From: an uncultured Bifidobacteriaceae bacterium
Lineage (GTDB): Bacteria; Verrucomicrobiota; Verrucomicrobiia; Limisphaerales; UBA11358
Assembly: GCA_964618545.1 (NCBI GenBank)
Contig: CAZUBG010000001.1
Span: 2,885-66,884 of the forward strand
Length of the DNA: 64,000 nucleotides
Reading direction: 5' to 3'
Each line of letters starts with the position of its first letter. Positions within the stretch are counted from its first letter, which is position 1. The position numbers and the translations under genes were made by a program. Shown here piece after piece: positions 9,876 through 20,059 of this stretch. The notes below the pieces were generated by a model. The model worked only from the letters and a program-made list of their open reading frames with translations. It did no database searches and had not been told where the DNA came from.

Positions 9876-10469
9876 ATGTCCGAAGCAGCCACAAGCTCCT
9901 GGGTGAAGGCTTTTCTGCTCCTGCTGGAAAAGCATCATGATCTCGTTACTGTTCTGGCGCTGGTGCCAGCCGCGCTGTTTGCGGTTTACACCTATTGGAA
10001 ATCCAAGAAAAGCGAGGCCGCCGGCCGGTTGCAGGAATTGTTCAACCGCTTTTATCTGGATGCCGAGTTGCGCCCCCTCCGCTTGAATCTGGATTTCAAT
10101 TTCGACGACACCCTGCGGGCCTTGATCGAACGCATGGTCAAGGATGAGAAGTCGCCGTTCAGCACCGAAGAAAAGCAAACGCTCTGTCAACTGGACACCT
10201 TGCTAAAGTGCCTGGAGTTTGTGCTGCACTTGAAAAAACAGGGACACATTTCCCGGGACGATTGCGACGCCATTTTTAAATATTGGTTTGAGCTGCTCGA
10301 AAAACCCGACCGGGAGTGCCTGCGCGAATATATTCGAAAATTTGGATTTAAAGCCGTGGCCCGGCAAATTGCCACGGATATGCACCCCTCCATCAAACAC
10401 GGTTCCGGCACCACTACAACTCCCGCTTCATCCTCCCCGGGACCGGGGAATCCTCCGTCGTCACCGTGA
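9876..10469 (+). CDS. hypothetical protein with N-terminal TM helix
   Basis: Intact 197-aa ORF with a hydrophobic helix (LVTVLALVPAALFAVYTYW). I recognised no family. Confidence 0.45.
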   Translation: MSEAATSSWVKAFLLLLEKHHDLVTVLALVPAALFAVYTYWKSKKSEAAGRLQELFNRFYLDAELRPLRLNLDFNFDDTLRALIERMVKDEKSPFSTEEKQTLCQLDTLLKCLEFVLHLKKQGHISRDDCDAIFKYWFELLEKPDRECLREYIRKFGFKAVARQIATDMHPSIKHGSGTTTTPASSSPGPGNPPSSP

Positions 10470-10591
10470 AGTTTTGTCCTCGGCGGACAGGGACAGTCTT
10501 TCCTTCGTCGTCCGCTTGAGCCCCTGCCCTGCCCATTCTCCCTCATCCACTGCAAAACTCAGGGCATTTAGACTTCGGTCTCTGTCAAATC

Positions 10592-10999
10592 TCATGGCGG
10601 CAGATTAAATGCCTTCTCCAAAACGGCGATGGAGCGCGGGTCAGTGGCCATCAGCACCAAGGCGGTCAGGCGTTTGTCCGGGCCCACCTCCACATCGCAA
10701 ATGAACCCCCCTTGAAACATGGCGCGCGCGGCCAGTTTGGGGAGTGTCGTTTGCTTCCAATTGAACGTGGATCGTTTCGTCAGCCGGAATTTTTTTTTCG
10801 CCTGGGCGATCTCATGTTCCCCGGTCAGGCAAAAGGCCAGGACGTGGCGGGGGCCGTTTTGCGTCCGCAGCGAGACAAACGAGGTGCCGTTCAATTCTTT
10901 CGCCGCTTCATTGCGAAACTCGGACAGAGTCTTCGCCCCCCAGGCGTCGGCCAACTGTGCGGCGATTTCTTCAGTGTTTGTCATGCGCATGTCTCCCAA
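10592..10999 (-). CDS. hypothetical protein
   Basis: 135-aa ORF with non-repetitive, coding-like composition. No recognised motifs. The start may be one of several nearby Met codons. Confidence 0.4.
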   Translation of the reverse strand: MGDMRMTNTEEIAAQLADAWGAKTLSEFRNEAAKELNGTSFVSLRTQNGPRHVLAFCLTGEHEIAQAKKKFRLTKRSTFNWKQTTLPKLAARAMFQGGFICDVEVGPDKRLTALVLMATDPRSIAVLEKAFNLPP

Positions 11000-11223
11000 T
11001 CTGACTCGGCGGCGGCAAAGATATTTTCAGGGCCGCAATCAATTTTTGACTATATCATGGCCCTCCCGGAGGTTCAATTCAGTTTTTTAACCAGTTCATC
11101 TTTTTTTAAACATCATAAAGCCTGAAAATCCGTTCCGCAGCGTTTTCCGCCCACTGCTGAACCGGTCTTAGCCGGGGCAAATTTAACTTGAAACGAACGG
11201 CCAATCATGCTGTCTAATCACAC

Positions 11224-11975
11224 ATGAAACCGCGACCAGCCTTCACATTGATCGAATTGTTGGTGGTCATCGCCAGCATCACCATTCTGGCAGCCATGCT
11301 GTTGCCGGCGCTTTCCGCCGCCAAAAAAAAGGCTGGCCAGACCACCTGCCTCAACAATCAAAAACAGCTCGGTACGGGCATGATGATGTATGTGGATGAG
11401 AACGGCGGCGCGTTCCCCGGCATGGCATCGCTGCACGCCGGGTTCAACGCCTCGGACTGGATCTATTGGCGCACCAACACCGCCCAGTATGCCCCATTCA
11501 AAAAAGCCCCATTGTCGCCCAGGTGGCCACTGCCAGCAGCGAGCTGTTCCGGTGCCCGCTGGACACCAGTGACGCCGACCGGATCGCCCAGTCCAGCCCG
11601 CCGGACGGCCCGTACCTTTACAGTTACAGCATGACCGGTTACGGGGAGGGCCCCTACCCTGATCTTGAATCCGACCCCGCCGTGAACCTGGGAATGTCCT
11701 CCGTATTAACCGGCGACACCCCGGCCCTTTTCAAACAATCCTCGGTCCGCAATCCGGCGCTCAAAATCATGCAGGCGGAGGAAGTGGCCACCACCAGCAG
11801 CACCGAAAACCCCACCGATGCCACCGTCATCAGCGACGGTCGCTGGATGCCGGGCCAGGACATCCTAACCGCCCGCCACAGTGGCCGGGCGGATGTGACC
11901 TTTGCCGACGGCCACGCGGAGGCCGTGCCCTGGGAGTTTGGCAATGACTACACCAATTCGCTGCCCCGTTTATAA
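11224..11975 (+). pseudogene. prepilin-type N-terminal cleavage/methylation protein with C-terminal H-X9-DG motif, split by a frameshift
   Basis: The N-terminus [26 protein letters not shown] lies in the frame of 11224..11634. The C-terminus with HSGRADVTFADGH (H-X9-DG) lies in the frame of 11466..11975. Sense is lost and regained around the A6 run (11500-11505), which is flanked by C4 runs. Confidence 0.7.
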
Positions 11976-12068
11976 GACCCGCCCCACCGGCGTTGCGGCC
12001 CCCCAAACCATCGTAATGCCCCCGGCTTGACGCCCGCAAACAACACTTCACCGGAGGAGTGGCTTTCC

Positions 12069-12312
12069 GGACATCCCCATGAAGCGGGCATCCACCGTCA
12101 CAACCTCACCACCACCAAGTTTGCGGAACTAGCTGAAGGCCTGGGTAGGAAGGCCAATCATTGACCAAACCGGACTGGCCGGGAATTATGATTTTATCAC
12201 CCCCTCCTTTGCTCCCACGGAAATAAATCAAGTTTTTCTCAGTCAACTTGGCCTTGAACTCGTGCCCGGCCGCGAGCCCGTTGATATGCTCGTCGTCGAA
12301 AAGGCGGAATAG
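12069..12312 (+). pseudogene. decayed C-terminal remnant of a TIGR03435-like ('soil-associated') domain protein
   Basis: My own translation gives ...HNLTTTKFAELAEGLGRK in one frame, then RPIIDQTGLAGNYDF...QLGLELVPGREPVDMLVVEKAE* in another. It has no start codon and contains an internal frameshift. The family assignment is from memory of the GL-x-G-x-YDF ... QLGLKL ... motif. Confidence 0.4.
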
Positions 12313-12432
12313 CCAGAAGTTGGTTGTCCAGGGTTGCGGTTCAGAAGCATTGAACTGACAGAATATTGAATCCCGCCCCCGTGCTGAAATAAGTTTGCTC
12401 GCTTTCCGCGACCATGTACATGTATTGGATCA

Positions 12433-13186
12433 ATGATGACCAACGAGATGGATTTGGTGCGGGATTACGCCGCCCGCCAGTCCAAACCCGCGTTTGAAGC
12501 GCTGGTCACCCGATACGTCAGCCTGGTGTATTCCACGGCGCTGCGGCAGACGGGCGATCCGCATCCGGCGGGGCATGTCACGCCGGCGGTGTTCATCATG
12601 CTGGCGCGCAAGGGAGTCGCGTTCGGCCAAAACCATTTTCACCGTTGCGTTTGCCAAAGGCGCGACGGCAGGCGGTTCAACCTTCGCTTTGGCCAAAGGA
12701 GCAATGAAACTTATGGCTTGGACTAACGCAAAGACGGCGATCGTGGCCGGCGTCGCCGTATTGCTGACCGCCATAAGCGTCGCCGTCATAACCGAAGGAA
12801 TTCACGAGCGGCGGACCGCCACAGCCAGACAGACGGCCGTTGCCGAACAACCACCGGCGTCCGGCCCGATCAGGGCAATCACTGGGATCGGGATTCTTCT
12901 TCGCTTTGACGAGAAAATCGGAGCGCCAATCGTCATGAATGTTCTCCCCAATTCGCCGGCAGCGGATGCCGGGGTTGCCAATGGCGTGATTGTGAGCAGA
13001 ATTGACAATCGTCCAACGGAAGGCATGAAACTTAGGGAATGCATTGACCTTATCCGTGGGGCCGTTGGCACAAAGGTCAGGCTGGAATTGGTGACGCCAA
13101 CCACACATGAGACCAACCAGATCGAGCTGACCAGACAAATCATCAGGCTCCAACCCTTGCCACGCGCCACCCAACCTTTACCGTAA
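12433..13186 (+). pseudogene. ECF sigma-factor paralog with an internal deletion and frameshift; the downstream part encodes a TM helix plus PDZ domain
   Basis: The first ~60 codons are near-identical to the 13245 gene. The ~420 bp encoding the rest of region 2 through region 4 is missing. The reading frame then changes (track ORFs 12433..12726 and 12494..13186). The tail has a TM helix (IVAGVAVLLTAISVAVI) and a PDZ-like block (GIGILLRFDEKIGAPIVMNVLPNSPAADAGVANGVIVSRID). Confidence 0.65.
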
Positions 13187-13244
13187 GGGTCTTTCAACAA
13201 ATAAGTTTGTTCGCTTTTCGCGGCCATGTACATGTATTGATTAA

Positions 13245-15236
13245 ATGATGACCGACGACATGGAATTGGTGCGGGAATACGCCGCCCGCCAGTCCGAACC
13301 TGCGTTTGAAGCGCTGGTCGCCCGGTATGTCAACCTGGTGTATTCCACGGCGCTGCGGCAGACGGGCGATCCGCATCTGGCCGAGGATGTCACGCAGGCG
13401 GTGTTCATCATGCTGGCGCGCAAGGCGGGCACGCTCGGCCCCCAAACCATTCTCCCAAGCTGGCTGCACCGCGCTGCCGGCTTTGCCGCCGCCAACGCCC
13501 GGAGAGCCCGTTACCGCTCCGCGCAGCGCGAACAGGAGGCGTCTATGCAATCACCATCCGAGGAACCCGCCGCCGGCACGGACGAGGTCTGGCTGGAAAT
13601 CGCTCCCCTGCTCGATCAGGCCATCGCCCGGTTGACGGAACCGGACCGGCACGCCATCGTCCTCCGCTTTTTTGAAAACCGCAGCCTGGGCGAGGTGGGC
13701 CGGGCGCTGGGCATCCGTGAGGACGCCGCCCGCATGCGCGTGAACCGGGCTTTGGAAAAACTGCGGTGCCTGCTGGTGAAACGCGGCGTGAGTTCCACCA
13801 CCGCCCTCATTGCCGGAAGCATTTCCGCCCATTCCGTGTACGCCGCGCCGGCCGCCCTGGCCCAAACCATTTCCACCGTCGCGCTCGCCAAAGGCGCGAC
13901 GGCGGGCGGTTCAACCTTCGCTTTGGCCAAAGGAGCATTGAAACTTATGGCTTGGACCAAAGCAAAAGCCGCCCTCATCGCCGGGGTCGTGGTGCTGCTG
14001 GCGGTCGGCACCACCACCGTCACCGTTCGGAAAATGCAAGCCCGCCAATTTTATGACTGGCAGCAACGCTGGGATTTTTCCCTGGTGGACAAGGTGCCGC
14101 CGCAGGTCACCCTCCGGCCCGCCCGGTCCACCCGCAGCGCCAGCGTGAATAACTGGGCCATGTGGGGTGGAAAATCGCTGGGGCTGGGACTGACCGTCCC
14201 GGAGATGATGCAGGCGGTCAATTTTGCCGATGCGGAACGGCTCGTCTTGGCCACCCCGGTCCCCGCCGGGAAATACGACTTCCTCTCCAATCTTCCCGAA
14301 GGCGCGTTTGACGCCCTGCGCCAGCAAATCCGCAGGCAACTCGGCTTGGAAGTCAGACGCACCCTGATCGAGACCAACGCGCTGATTCTCACCCTCCAAA
14401 CCACCAACGCTCCGGGGCTGAAGCCCGCTTCCGAAGCTGACAAAAAGAATGCCTCCCTGTGGAAAACCCCCAATTCCTTCACTGCCACCGACCTGGACGG
14501 CCTGTGGGTCCTGGTTCAGTATCTGGAAGATCACTTTGGGACCCTCGTCGTTGACCGGACCGGAAATCCCCGCAATCTGGACGTGGACTTAAAATGGGAC
14601 GGCACCCCCGACGGCTTGAAACAGGCGCTGCGCGACCAACTCGGCCTGAAGCTCGCTCCCAGTGATCAACCGGTTCCCGTGATCATGCAGGTGGTGGAAC
14701 CGGCCGCCAGTTCTCCCACCCTGAACCAAGACATGGTGGCCGACCTGCAACCGGATGGCTCTGTCCGTTACCGGGCCACCGTGGAGGAAATCAACCGCAC
14801 GGGGGCCATGCTCACGGAGGATTCCATGAGTTTCGCCGTCAACTGTGATCAGGTGACCGACGAGTCCGGTCAGCCGGTGAAATCCACCCTGCAACAGGAC
14901 GGCTTCCCCTTCTGCGTGCTGACCCTCAACCAACCCGTGCCCCCCAACGGCAGATATTCCCTCCACCTCAGTCTGACCTTCACGAACATGTGCGAACCCA
15001 CCCTGAAACCAGGCGAGTTTGTGTATCAAATGGCGGATTATCCCGGCGACGATGGATTGACGCACAGCCAGGAGGAGTACCGCCTGCCACCCGGCGCGGT
15101 TCTGCTGTCAAAACAGCCCGCCGATTTGAAATCATCCACCAGCGGGGGAAGAACGGTCTTGCGGATTGACCGGACCATTCCACCGGGTGGCCTCCGGAAC
15201 ACCACTTTCCGCTACCGCCTCGCCGCCGCCCAATAG
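13245..15236 (+). CDS. ECF sigma-70 family factor fused to a TM segment and a ~400-aa extracytoplasmic C-terminal domain
   Basis: Region 2 ([40 protein letters not shown]), region 4 ([31 protein letters not shown]), a TM helix ([17 protein letters not shown]), then a large C-terminal domain that includes a G-K-YDF ... QLGLEV segment. Confidence 0.8.
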   Translation: MMTDDMELVREYAARQSEPAFEALVARYVNLVYSTALRQTGDPHLAEDVTQAVFIMLARKAGTLGPQTILPSWLHRAAGFAAANARRARYRSAQREQEASMQSPSEEPAAGTDEVWLEIAPLLDQAIARLTEPDRHAIVLRFFENRSLGEVGRALGIREDAARMRVNRALEKLRCLLVKRGVSSTTALIAGSISAHSVYAAPAALAQTISTVALAKGATAGGSTFALAKGALKLMAWTKAKAALIAGVVVLLAVGTTTVTVRKMQARQFYDWQQRWDFSLVDKVPPQVTLRPARSTRSASVNNWAMWGGKSLGLGLTVPEMMQAVNFADAERLVLATPVPAGKYDFLSNLPEGAFDALRQQIRRQLGLEVRRTLIETNALILTLQTTNAPGLKPASEADKKNASLWKTPNSFTATDLDGLWVLVQYLEDHFGTLVVDRTGNPRNLDVDLKWDGTPDGLKQALRDQLGLKLAPSDQPVPVIMQVVEPAASSPTLNQDMVADLQPDGSVRYRATVEEINRTGAMLTEDSMSFAVNCDQVTDESGQPVKSTLQQDGFPFCVLTLNQPVPPNGRYSLHLSLTFTNMCEPTLKPGEFVYQMADYPGDDGLTHSQEEYRLPPGAVLLSKQPADLKSSTSGGRTVLRIDRTIPPGGLRNTTFRYRLAAAQ

Positions 15237-15308
15237 AGCTCGGTGATGATTCTTAAAAATAATTCAAAGAATTTCGTTGCGACATCCGTCTGATGGATGG
15301 AATGGACG

Positions 15309-16037
15309 ATGAAACGCCGTCCCTTCATTACCTGCCGAGCCAGCCAAACGGGTTTTACCTTGGTGGAAATGCTGCTGGTAATCGCCGTCATTGCCATTCT
15401 GGTGGCGCTGCTGCTGCCGGCGCTGTACCAAGCCAAGGCCTCCGCCCGCCGGTCCCTGTGCCTGAACAACGAACGGGAGATTGACCTGGCCACCCGGCTC
15501 TATGCGGATGATCACGCCGATGTGATCAGTTATTACACCAACGAAATCTATTTTTGCTTCAAGGAGAACATCCTGCCCTGCCTCGGAGCCAGCCAAAACA
15601 CCTTCACCAACCATCCGATCTTCATCTGCCCGGCGGATGATTTCAACCTGAACGGACCCATTGGCTCTTGGTTTGGCAACGGGAGCAGTGGCCGGGGGGT
15701 TTACACCCAGGCTTGGACGCACTACTCGAGTTATGGTTTCAACGGCCTGGCCCGCGCGGGACAAACCAACGACTTGGGCATGGCCGAAAAACCGTTCACC
15801 ACGGTGCGCCACCCGTCGCGGACGGTGCTGGGCGGGGAGATTTCCGGTGCCATTGGGGTGAGCGCCCATGTCCGCCTTCAACCCTTGCAGTTTCAGGACG
15901 CGAAGAATGTCGGAGGTTTTGTGGACGGCCATGTGAGCCTCACCAGAATGTATTGGAATGGCGTGGTTGGTTCGGATGGCTTCCCCGTGTATTATGAGCC
16001 GCCAGCCGGCTATGATTACCAGTGGACGGGGAATTGA
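15309..16037 (+). CDS. prepilin-type N-terminal cleavage/methylation domain protein
   Basis: [25 protein letters not shown] after [14 protein letters not shown], and a C-terminal FVDGHVS motif resembling the H-X9-DG family tail. Start placed at the ATG at 15309, inside track ORF 15297..16037. Confidence 0.75.
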   Translation: MKRRPFITCRASQTGFTLVEMLLVIAVIAILVALLLPALYQAKASARRSLCLNNEREIDLATRLYADDHADVISYYTNEIYFCFKENILPCLGASQNTFTNHPIFICPADDFNLNGPIGSWFGNGSSGRGVYTQAWTHYSSYGFNGLARAGQTNDLGMAEKPFTTVRHPSRTVLGGEISGAIGVSAHVRLQPLQFQDAKNVGGFVDGHVSLTRMYWNGVVGSDGFPVYYEPPAGYDYQWTGN

Positions 16038-16134
16038 AGTACCCCGGCAACCCCATGAATCAAGGTTAATGGCCGTTCATAAATTTTCCCAAGGAACTGT
16101 TGGAAAAGGTTTTCGGCCGTGCTAGATTGGTCTC

Positions 16135-16344
16135 GTGAAGCAATTTTTCAGGCCGAACATCAACCATCGGGGGCGGATGGCCCGCGGGGTGGTTGGGAGT
16201 CTCTGTCTGATTACGGGAATTGTCATTGTGGACTTCCAACTCACCGTGGGCTTGATCTTCGTTCTCGCCGGGTTGTTTGCCATTTTTGAAGCCGTGCGCG
16301 GCTGGTGCCTTGCCCGCGCCTGCGGCATCAAAACCAAGGTCTGA
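16135..16344 (+). CDS. DUF2892 (YgaP-like) small membrane protein
   Basis: 69 aa with two TM helices and the terminal GWCxxxxxxGI signature (RGWCLARACGIKT). GTG start. Confidence 0.7.
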   Translation: MKQFFRPNINHRGRMARGVVGSLCLITGIVIVDFQLTVGLIFVLAGLFAIFEAVRGWCLARACGIKTKV

Positions 16345-16406
16345 AGGACGGGTGCGAACTTTGAATTTTGGATTTCAGTTCTTCCACCTTCTGCTATCCT
16401 GCCCTC

Positions 16407-18140
16407 ATGAATCTGTTGCCTTTTGGAAAACTGACCGCCCACAAGCCGCGCACCTTCGTCCCCCAAAATCTGGACCTCGGCGTCTGGTCGCAAATCGCCG
16501 CCTTGTTTGACCAATTGGAAACCCGCGCCGGCCTGGCCGCCTCCCCCGCCGCCCTCGAACAATGGCTGCTCGACTGGAGCGAACTCAACGCCGCCCTCGA
16601 TGAGGAATCCTGCCGCCGCAATATCGCCATGACCTGCCACACCGACAGCGCCGAGGCGGAAAAAGCCTACCTCGATTTTGTGGAAAACATCGAGCCCCGG
16701 CTCAAACCACGCCAGTTCGCCCTCGAAAAGCTTTGCGTCGCCCATCCGCACCGCGCCCAACTGCCCCCCGCCCGCTTCGCGGTCTTTGACCGGGACCTCA
16801 CCAACCACGTCGCTCTGTTCCGGCCCGAAAACATCCCCCTGGAAACCGAGGAAGCCCGCCTCGGCCAGCAATTCCAAAAACTCAGCGGCGCCCTCATGGT
16901 CAATTTTCGCGGCGAGGAAAAAACCCTCGTTCAAATGGGCCGTTACCTCGAGGAACCCGACCGCGCCCTGCGCCAGGAAGCCTGGGAAAGCGTCGCCCGC
17001 CGCCGGTTGCAGGAGGCCGACAAATTTGACGACCTCTTCGACGCCCTCATCAAACAGCGCCATCAAATCGCCCTCAACGCCGGTTTTGCCAACTACCGCG
17101 ATTACATGTTCCGCCGCATGGGGCGCTTTGATTACACCCCGGAGGATTGCACCCAATTCCATGCCGCCGTCGAGCAGGTGGTCATGCCCGCCGTCCGCGA
17201 ATTGCAGGCCGAACGCCGCCGCCAGTTGCAATTGGACCCCCTGCGCCCCTGGGACCTTGCCGTGGACCCCAAAAATCGCCCGCCCCTGAAACCTTTTGGC
17301 GAAGTCGCCGAAATGGTCTCGCGCACCCAGAAAATCTTCAATCATCTCGACAGTGAACTGGCCGGCGGTTTCCAGTTGATGCAGGACCTGCACCTGCTGG
17401 ACCTCGACAACCGCAAAGGCAAGGCTCCCGGCGGTTATCAATCCACCCTGTCCGAAGCCCGTGTCCCCTTCATCTTCATGAACGCCGTCGGTCTGCAACG
17501 CGACGTCGAAACCATCCTGCACGAGGCCGGCCATGCCTTCCACGCCCTGGCCACGCGCGATGAGGATTTGTATTCCTACCGCAACGCCCCCATTGAATTC
17601 TGCGAAGTCGCCTCCATGTCCATGGAACTGCTCGGCAACGAATTCATTGAGGAATTTTACCCCTCCGCCGGGGCCAGTCGCGCCCGCCGCACCCATCTGG
17701 AGGGCATCATCGGGTTTTTCCCGTGGATGGCCACCGTGGACGCCTTCCAACATTGGATTTACACCCATCCCGACCACACCCGAACTGAACGCGCCGCCGC
17801 CTGGCTCGCGCTGATGGACCGTTTCGGCGGCGCGGTGGATTGGACCGGTTACGAGCCCAACCGGGCTTCCCACTGGCAGCGGCAGCTCCACATCTTCCTG
17901 TATCCCTTCTATTATGTGGAATACGGCATTGCCCAGCTCGGCGCCCTGCAAGTCTGGGCCAATTCAAAACGCGATCAAGTGAAGGCCTTGAAGGATTACA
18001 AACACGCGCTCACTCTGGGCGGCTCCCGTCCCCTGCCCGAACTGTTTGCCGCTGCCGGCTGCCATTTTGACTTCAGCAGTCAAACCATCCAACCCCTGAT
18101 CCAGCTCGCCCGCACCCAGCTCGCCGCCCTGCCGGGATGA
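16407..18140 (+). CDS. M3-family oligoendopeptidase (PepF-like)
   Basis: Zinc motif HEAGHAFH with a downstream E (EVASMSME), and length and layout typical of M3B peptidases. The ATG at 16407 is preferred over the TTG at 16368. Confidence 0.85.
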   Translation: MNLLPFGKLTAHKPRTFVPQNLDLGVWSQIAALFDQLETRAGLAASPAALEQWLLDWSELNAALDEESCRRNIAMTCHTDSAEAEKAYLDFVENIEPRLKPRQFALEKLCVAHPHRAQLPPARFAVFDRDLTNHVALFRPENIPLETEEARLGQQFQKLSGALMVNFRGEEKTLVQMGRYLEEPDRALRQEAWESVARRRLQEADKFDDLFDALIKQRHQIALNAGFANYRDYMFRRMGRFDYTPEDCTQFHAAVEQVVMPAVRELQAERRRQLQLDPLRPWDLAVDPKNRPPLKPFGEVAEMVSRTQKIFNHLDSELAGGFQLMQDLHLLDLDNRKGKAPGGYQSTLSEARVPFIFMNAVGLQRDVETILHEAGHAFHALATRDEDLYSYRNAPIEFCEVASMSMELLGNEFIEEFYPSAGASRARRTHLEGIIGFFPWMATVDAFQHWIYTHPDHTRTERAAAWLALMDRFGGAVDWTGYEPNRASHWQRQLHIFLYPFYYVEYGIAQLGALQVWANSKRDQVKALKDYKHALTLGGSRPLPELFAAAGCHFDFSSQTIQPLIQLARTQLAALPG

Positions 18141-18394
18141 ATCCAGCGCGGCTGTCCACGGCCGCAGCACGTTGAAATCCGACCAAGCCGGGCGGGAGAC
18201 TTTCATGAGTTTATTCATGGTGACCCTGGGGGCAACCGTCCTGATTGAAACCCCTGGGGAAAGAACGGAAAAATTTGCGGAATATTGTTCGGTTTTTTGC
18301 AGGGCAGTCATTTAATGGATGAAGGCAAGCAACCGACGACTCAGCGCTGCTGCGGGAATTCGCCGCCAACCATTCCGAGCCGGCGTTTGAGGCC

Positions 18395-19948
18395 TTGGCC
18401 TCACGGTACGCTCCTTTGGTTTGTTCGGCGGCCCGGCGGCAGTTGGGCGACCCGCATCTGGCGGACGAAGTCACGCCGGCGGTTTTTATCATCCTTTCAC
18501 AAAAGGCCGGACGGATCGGCGACGCCACGGTTCTTTCCGGCTGGCTTTTCAAAACCACCCGCTTCGTCGCCCTGGCGCAAACCCGGGCCGCCGTCCGGCG
18601 ACACCGATACGAGCAGGAGTCCGTCATGCAATCCGAGGCCCACCCCACACCACCCGATCCGCTGTGGAAACAAATATCGCCCCTGTTGGACGAAGCCCTG
18701 ACGCAACTGGGCGAAAAAGACCGGCAAGCCGTGTTGTGGCGCTATTTTGAAGACAAAAGTCTGGCGGAAGTCGCGGGGACCGCAGGCACCAGCGAAGACG
18801 CCGCCCGCATGCGAATCAGCCGGGCGCTCAACAAGATGCACCGCTACTTTGAACGACGCGGCATCTCCTCAACCACGGCCATGCTCGCCGGGGTGATTCC
18901 CACCCATTCCCTGCAGGCCGCACCAGTTGAACTGGTCAAAACGCTCACGCTGGTGGCGGCGGCCAAAGGGGCGGCGGCCAGCACCCATGTGGTGTTGAAG
19001 CTGACGAAAACCAGGACCGGACACCTCGCGACCACCGATTGGATTGAAATGGGCCGGAAAGATGTCCCGATGGGCCGGGTGGTTTACGATTACCCGTCGC
19101 TCCACCTGGAATGGAATCCCAGGGACATCTGGAACCTGCGGGTGAATGCGGCGGCGACGCAAATGATTTTGGATCATTCGATTCACTTCATCCAGCCCGA
19201 TCCGGTGCCCCTGACGCACACCCCCACGCCCGACGCAGTACCCGACCCGTTGGATGAAGGCGATTTTGCACCGCGAACCGGCGCGAATTTGCAGGGTTAC
19301 TGGAAGGGGGCCATCGGCGCCGGGGCGGACGCAGTGCCGGTGAATTTGAAAATCTCCGGGCAGGCGGATGGAACCTTTCGCGCTGAAGGGGATGATCCGA
19401 TGCACGGCGTCTATGGGCAACCGCTCAACGTAAGCTGCCACCCGCCGACGGTGAAGATGACCCGCGCATCGGGTGCCGGATTGTTCCAAGGGGAAATCAA
19501 TCAGGCCGGCACGGAAATTTCCGGTTCGTGGGTTCAAGGAGGCCAATCCATGCCGGCGAGGGTCAGACGTGCGGATTATCAGGCGGAACACGCACAGGAT
19601 GCGGAGCAGGATTACACCTTCACCTCGGGAAATGATTTGCAGGAACATTGGAGAGGATCATGGATTGTGTCCATCGGAAAACTCAAGGTGCCCATCCGCA
19701 TGGCGCTCAACATTGCCAAACTGCCGAAGGGTGCAGATTCCGCCACGATTGCCAATGTGGACCAATTTGGCCAGGACGGCCCCGTCCCCGCCTCGAGTTT
19801 TCCATACTCGCCGCCTCATCTTCACTTGGAATGGGGATGGGCCGGCGGCGCTTTTGAAGGCCGGTTGGAAAACGGCAAACTGGCGGGCGCCTGGTTTGAG
19901 GGCGGTGGCGGCTTCCCGCTGGTTTTTGAACGCACTGGACCGCGCTGA
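18395..19948 (+). CDS. ECF sigma-70 family factor with C-terminal extension (third paralog; the 5' end is problematic)
   Basis: It has regions 2 and 4 (DKSLAEVAGTAGTSEDAARMRISRALNKMHRY). The conserved N-terminal codons ([22 protein letters not shown]) lie upstream of the track's TTG start, in the same frame but with no ATG. The nearby ATG at 18315 is out of frame. Confidence 0.7.
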   Translation: MASRYAPLVCSAARRQLGDPHLADEVTPAVFIILSQKAGRIGDATVLSGWLFKTTRFVALAQTRAAVRRHRYEQESVMQSEAHPTPPDPLWKQISPLLDEALTQLGEKDRQAVLWRYFEDKSLAEVAGTAGTSEDAARMRISRALNKMHRYFERRGISSTTAMLAGVIPTHSLQAAPVELVKTLTLVAAAKGAAASTHVVLKLTKTRTGHLATTDWIEMGRKDVPMGRVVYDYPSLHLEWNPRDIWNLRVNAAATQMILDHSIHFIQPDPVPLTHTPTPDAVPDPLDEGDFAPRTGANLQGYWKGAIGAGADAVPVNLKISGQADGTFRAEGDDPMHGVYGQPLNVSCHPPTVKMTRASGAGLFQGEINQAGTEISGSWVQGGQSMPARVRRADYQAEHAQDAEQDYTFTSGNDLQEHWRGSWIVSIGKLKVPIRMALNIAKLPKGADSATIANVDQFGQDGPVPASSFPYSPPHLHLEWGWAGGAFEGRLENGKLAGAWFEGGGGFPLVFERTGPR

Positions 19949-19986
19949 GGCTTGATTTCAGCGACCCATGGCTGCCCGCCAAGCCC

Positions 19987-20018
19987 GCGCACGGAGCCGT
20001 GCGCAACCCGCTTTTTTT
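19987..20018 (+). terminator. possible intrinsic terminator after the third ECF gene
   Basis: Stem gcgcacg/cgtgcgc (19987-20004) with a 4-nt loop. A T7 run at 20012-20018 follows after a 7-nt gap. Confidence 0.4.
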
Positions 20019-20059
20019 GACTGGCACATCAAAGCGGCAAAGGCGCGTTGAACCGCCGT

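Noticed and set aside
16122-17951. 609-aa minus-strand ORF, one of the longest in the track
   Set aside because: It is entirely antisense to the M3 peptidase gene, which has an HExxH motif. The product is Gly/Ala/Val/Glu-rich with no motifs. This is a typical shadow ORF of high-GC DNA.
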